DNA from: Octopus sinensis
Taxonomy: Eukaryota
NCBI RefSeq assembly: GCF_006345805.1
Contig: NW_021830031.1
Span: forward strand, 62,001 to 126,000
DNA: 64,000 bases
Direction: 5' to 3'
In this document: piece after piece, positions 62,097-64,000 of the stretch
Position numbering within the stretch: position 1 is the first letter of the stretch
Layout of the letters: each line of letters opens with the position of its first letter
Position numbers and translations under genes: made by a program
Notes under the pieces: generated by a model
The model's database searches: none
What the model was told of the DNA's origin: nothing
What the model saw: only the letters and a program-made list of their open reading frames with translations

Positions 62097-63422
62097 AGAT
62101 ATCCACATATATTAAGAGTTGAACATAAAGTTAAGACCTATGATAAAAGATATCCACATATATTAAGAGTTGAACATAAAGTTAAGACCTATGATAAAAG
62201 ATATCCACATATATTAAGAGTTGAAAATAAAGTTAAGACCTATGATAAAAGATATCCACATATATTAAGAGTTGAACATAAAGTTAAGACCTATGATAAA
62301 AGATATCCACATATATTAAGAGTTGAAAATAAAGTTAAGACCTATGATAAAAGATATCCACATATATTAAGAGTTGAACATAAAGTTAAGACCTATGATA
62401 AAAGATATCCACATATATTAAGAGTTGAAAATAAAGTTAAGACCTATGATAAGAGATATCCACATATATTAAGAGTTGAAAATAAAGTTAAGACCTATGA
62501 TAAAAGATATCCACATATATTAAGAGTTGAAAATAAAGTTAAGACCTATGATAAAAGATATCCACATATATTAAGAGTTGAAAATAAAGTTAAGACCTAT
62601 GATAAAAGATATCCACATATATTAAGAGTTAAACATAAAGTTAAGACCTATGATAAAAGATATCCACATATATTAAGAGTTGAAAATAAAGTTAAGACCT
62701 ATGATAAAATATATCCACATATATTAAGAGTTGAACATAAAGTTAAGACCTATGATAAAAGATATCCACATATATTAGAGTTGAAAATAAAGTTAAGACC
62801 TATGATAAAAGATATCCACATATATTAGAGTTGAAAATAAAGTTAAGACCTATGATAAAAGATATCCACATATATTAAGAGTTGAAAATAAAGTTAAGAC
62901 CTATGATAAAAGATATCCACATATATTAAGAGTTGAACATAAAGTTAAGACCTATGATAAAAGATATCCACATATATTAAGAGTTGAAAATAAAGTTAAG
63001 ACCTATGATAAAATATATCCACATATATTAAGAGTTGAACATAAAGTTAAGACCTATGATAAAAGATATCCACATATATTAAGAGTTGAACATAAAGTTA
63101 AGACCTATGATAAAAGATATCCACATATATTAAGAGTTGAAAATAAAGTTAAGACCTATGATAAAAAAGATATCCACATATATTAAGAGTTGAACAAAGT
63201 TAAGACCTATGATAAAAGATATCCACATATATTAAGAGTTGAACATAAAGTTAAGACCTATGATAAAAGATATCCACATATATTAAGAGTTGAAAATAAA
63301 GTTAAGACCTATGATAAAAGATATCCACATATATTAAGAGTTGAACATAAAGTTAAGACCTATGATAAAAGATATCCACATATATTAAGAGTTGAAAATA
63401 AAGTTAAGACCTATGATAAAAG
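62097..63422. repeat. 51-bp AT-rich minisatellite, ~26 copies
   Basis: AGATATCCACATATATTAAGAGTTGAA(C/A)ATAAAGTTAAGACCTATGATAAA repeated; a single C/A dimorphism dominates. Confidence 0.98.
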
Positions 63423-63852
63423 TTCTATTTCTTATAAAATAATAATGCTAAATATATGCATACGCATACATACATACATACATACATACATACATACATA
63501 CATACATACATACATACAGAGAGACATACACATACATACATGCCCATACATACATGCACATGCATACATACATACACATACATACATGCACACACATACA
63601 CATACAAATATAGATACACATACACACACATACATACACACACATACATACATGTACAAACATTCACATACATGCACATATAAACACATACACCAATACA
63701 CATAAACACACACACCAACACATATACATACACATACATATGCACACACATACATATACATATGTTTTCATGTTGCCTGTCTTGTTTTTACATATGTTGC
63801 TTACCCAACCCAACCCAACCCAACCCAACCCGTTTGTACTGGTGACACCAAT

Positions 63853-64000
63853 GCCATAGCGTCGACCGTGGGCCGGTAGCTGTGTACAGTCGCCTCAATG
63901 TCGCCCAGAGCGAGCTCTGGTCGCCATAGCGTCGACTGTGGGCCGGTAGCTGTGTACAGTCGCTTCAATGTCGCCCAGAGCGAGCTCTGGTCGCCATAGC
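63853..64000. repeat. GC-rich 70-bp tandem repeat running off the window edge
   Basis: GCCATAGC at 63853, 63923 and 63993; preceded by (CCAAC)5 at ~63805-63830. Confidence 0.9.

Overview
Repeat-dense animal genomic DNA. The SINE families, the (TA/GT/GATA/GGT-GAT)n microsatellite load and the low GC suggest an octopod cephalopod; this is an inference from pattern, not a database result. The only host-gene coding sequence I can support is the 45-nt first coding exon of an endophilin-A gene (minus strand, 20337-20293, MSFAGLRKQINKANQ followed by GTAAG). Its first intron appears to run off the left edge of the window. Almost everything else is mobile or tandem DNA. This includes at least four SINE families, decayed LINE fragments (RTE, CR1/L2-like, Penelope-like) and two mariner relics. 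A full-length but dead hAT/Buster transposon is nested inside the TIR of a 9-bp-TSD MITE, and several other MITEs are present, one carrying telomere-like repeats. Tandem arrays include a ~62-copy 150-bp satellite built from a SINE 3' tail and 51-, 70- and 76-bp minisatellites. The most unusual signal is a 646-bp non-coding unit at ~49.6-50.3 kb bounded by a direct repeat. It carries two minus-strand type I hammerhead ribozyme motifs, one with an intact core, 329 nt apart, which resembles a Penelope pseudo-LTR or non-LTR retrozyme. Most ORFs in the supplied track are artefacts of simple repeats.
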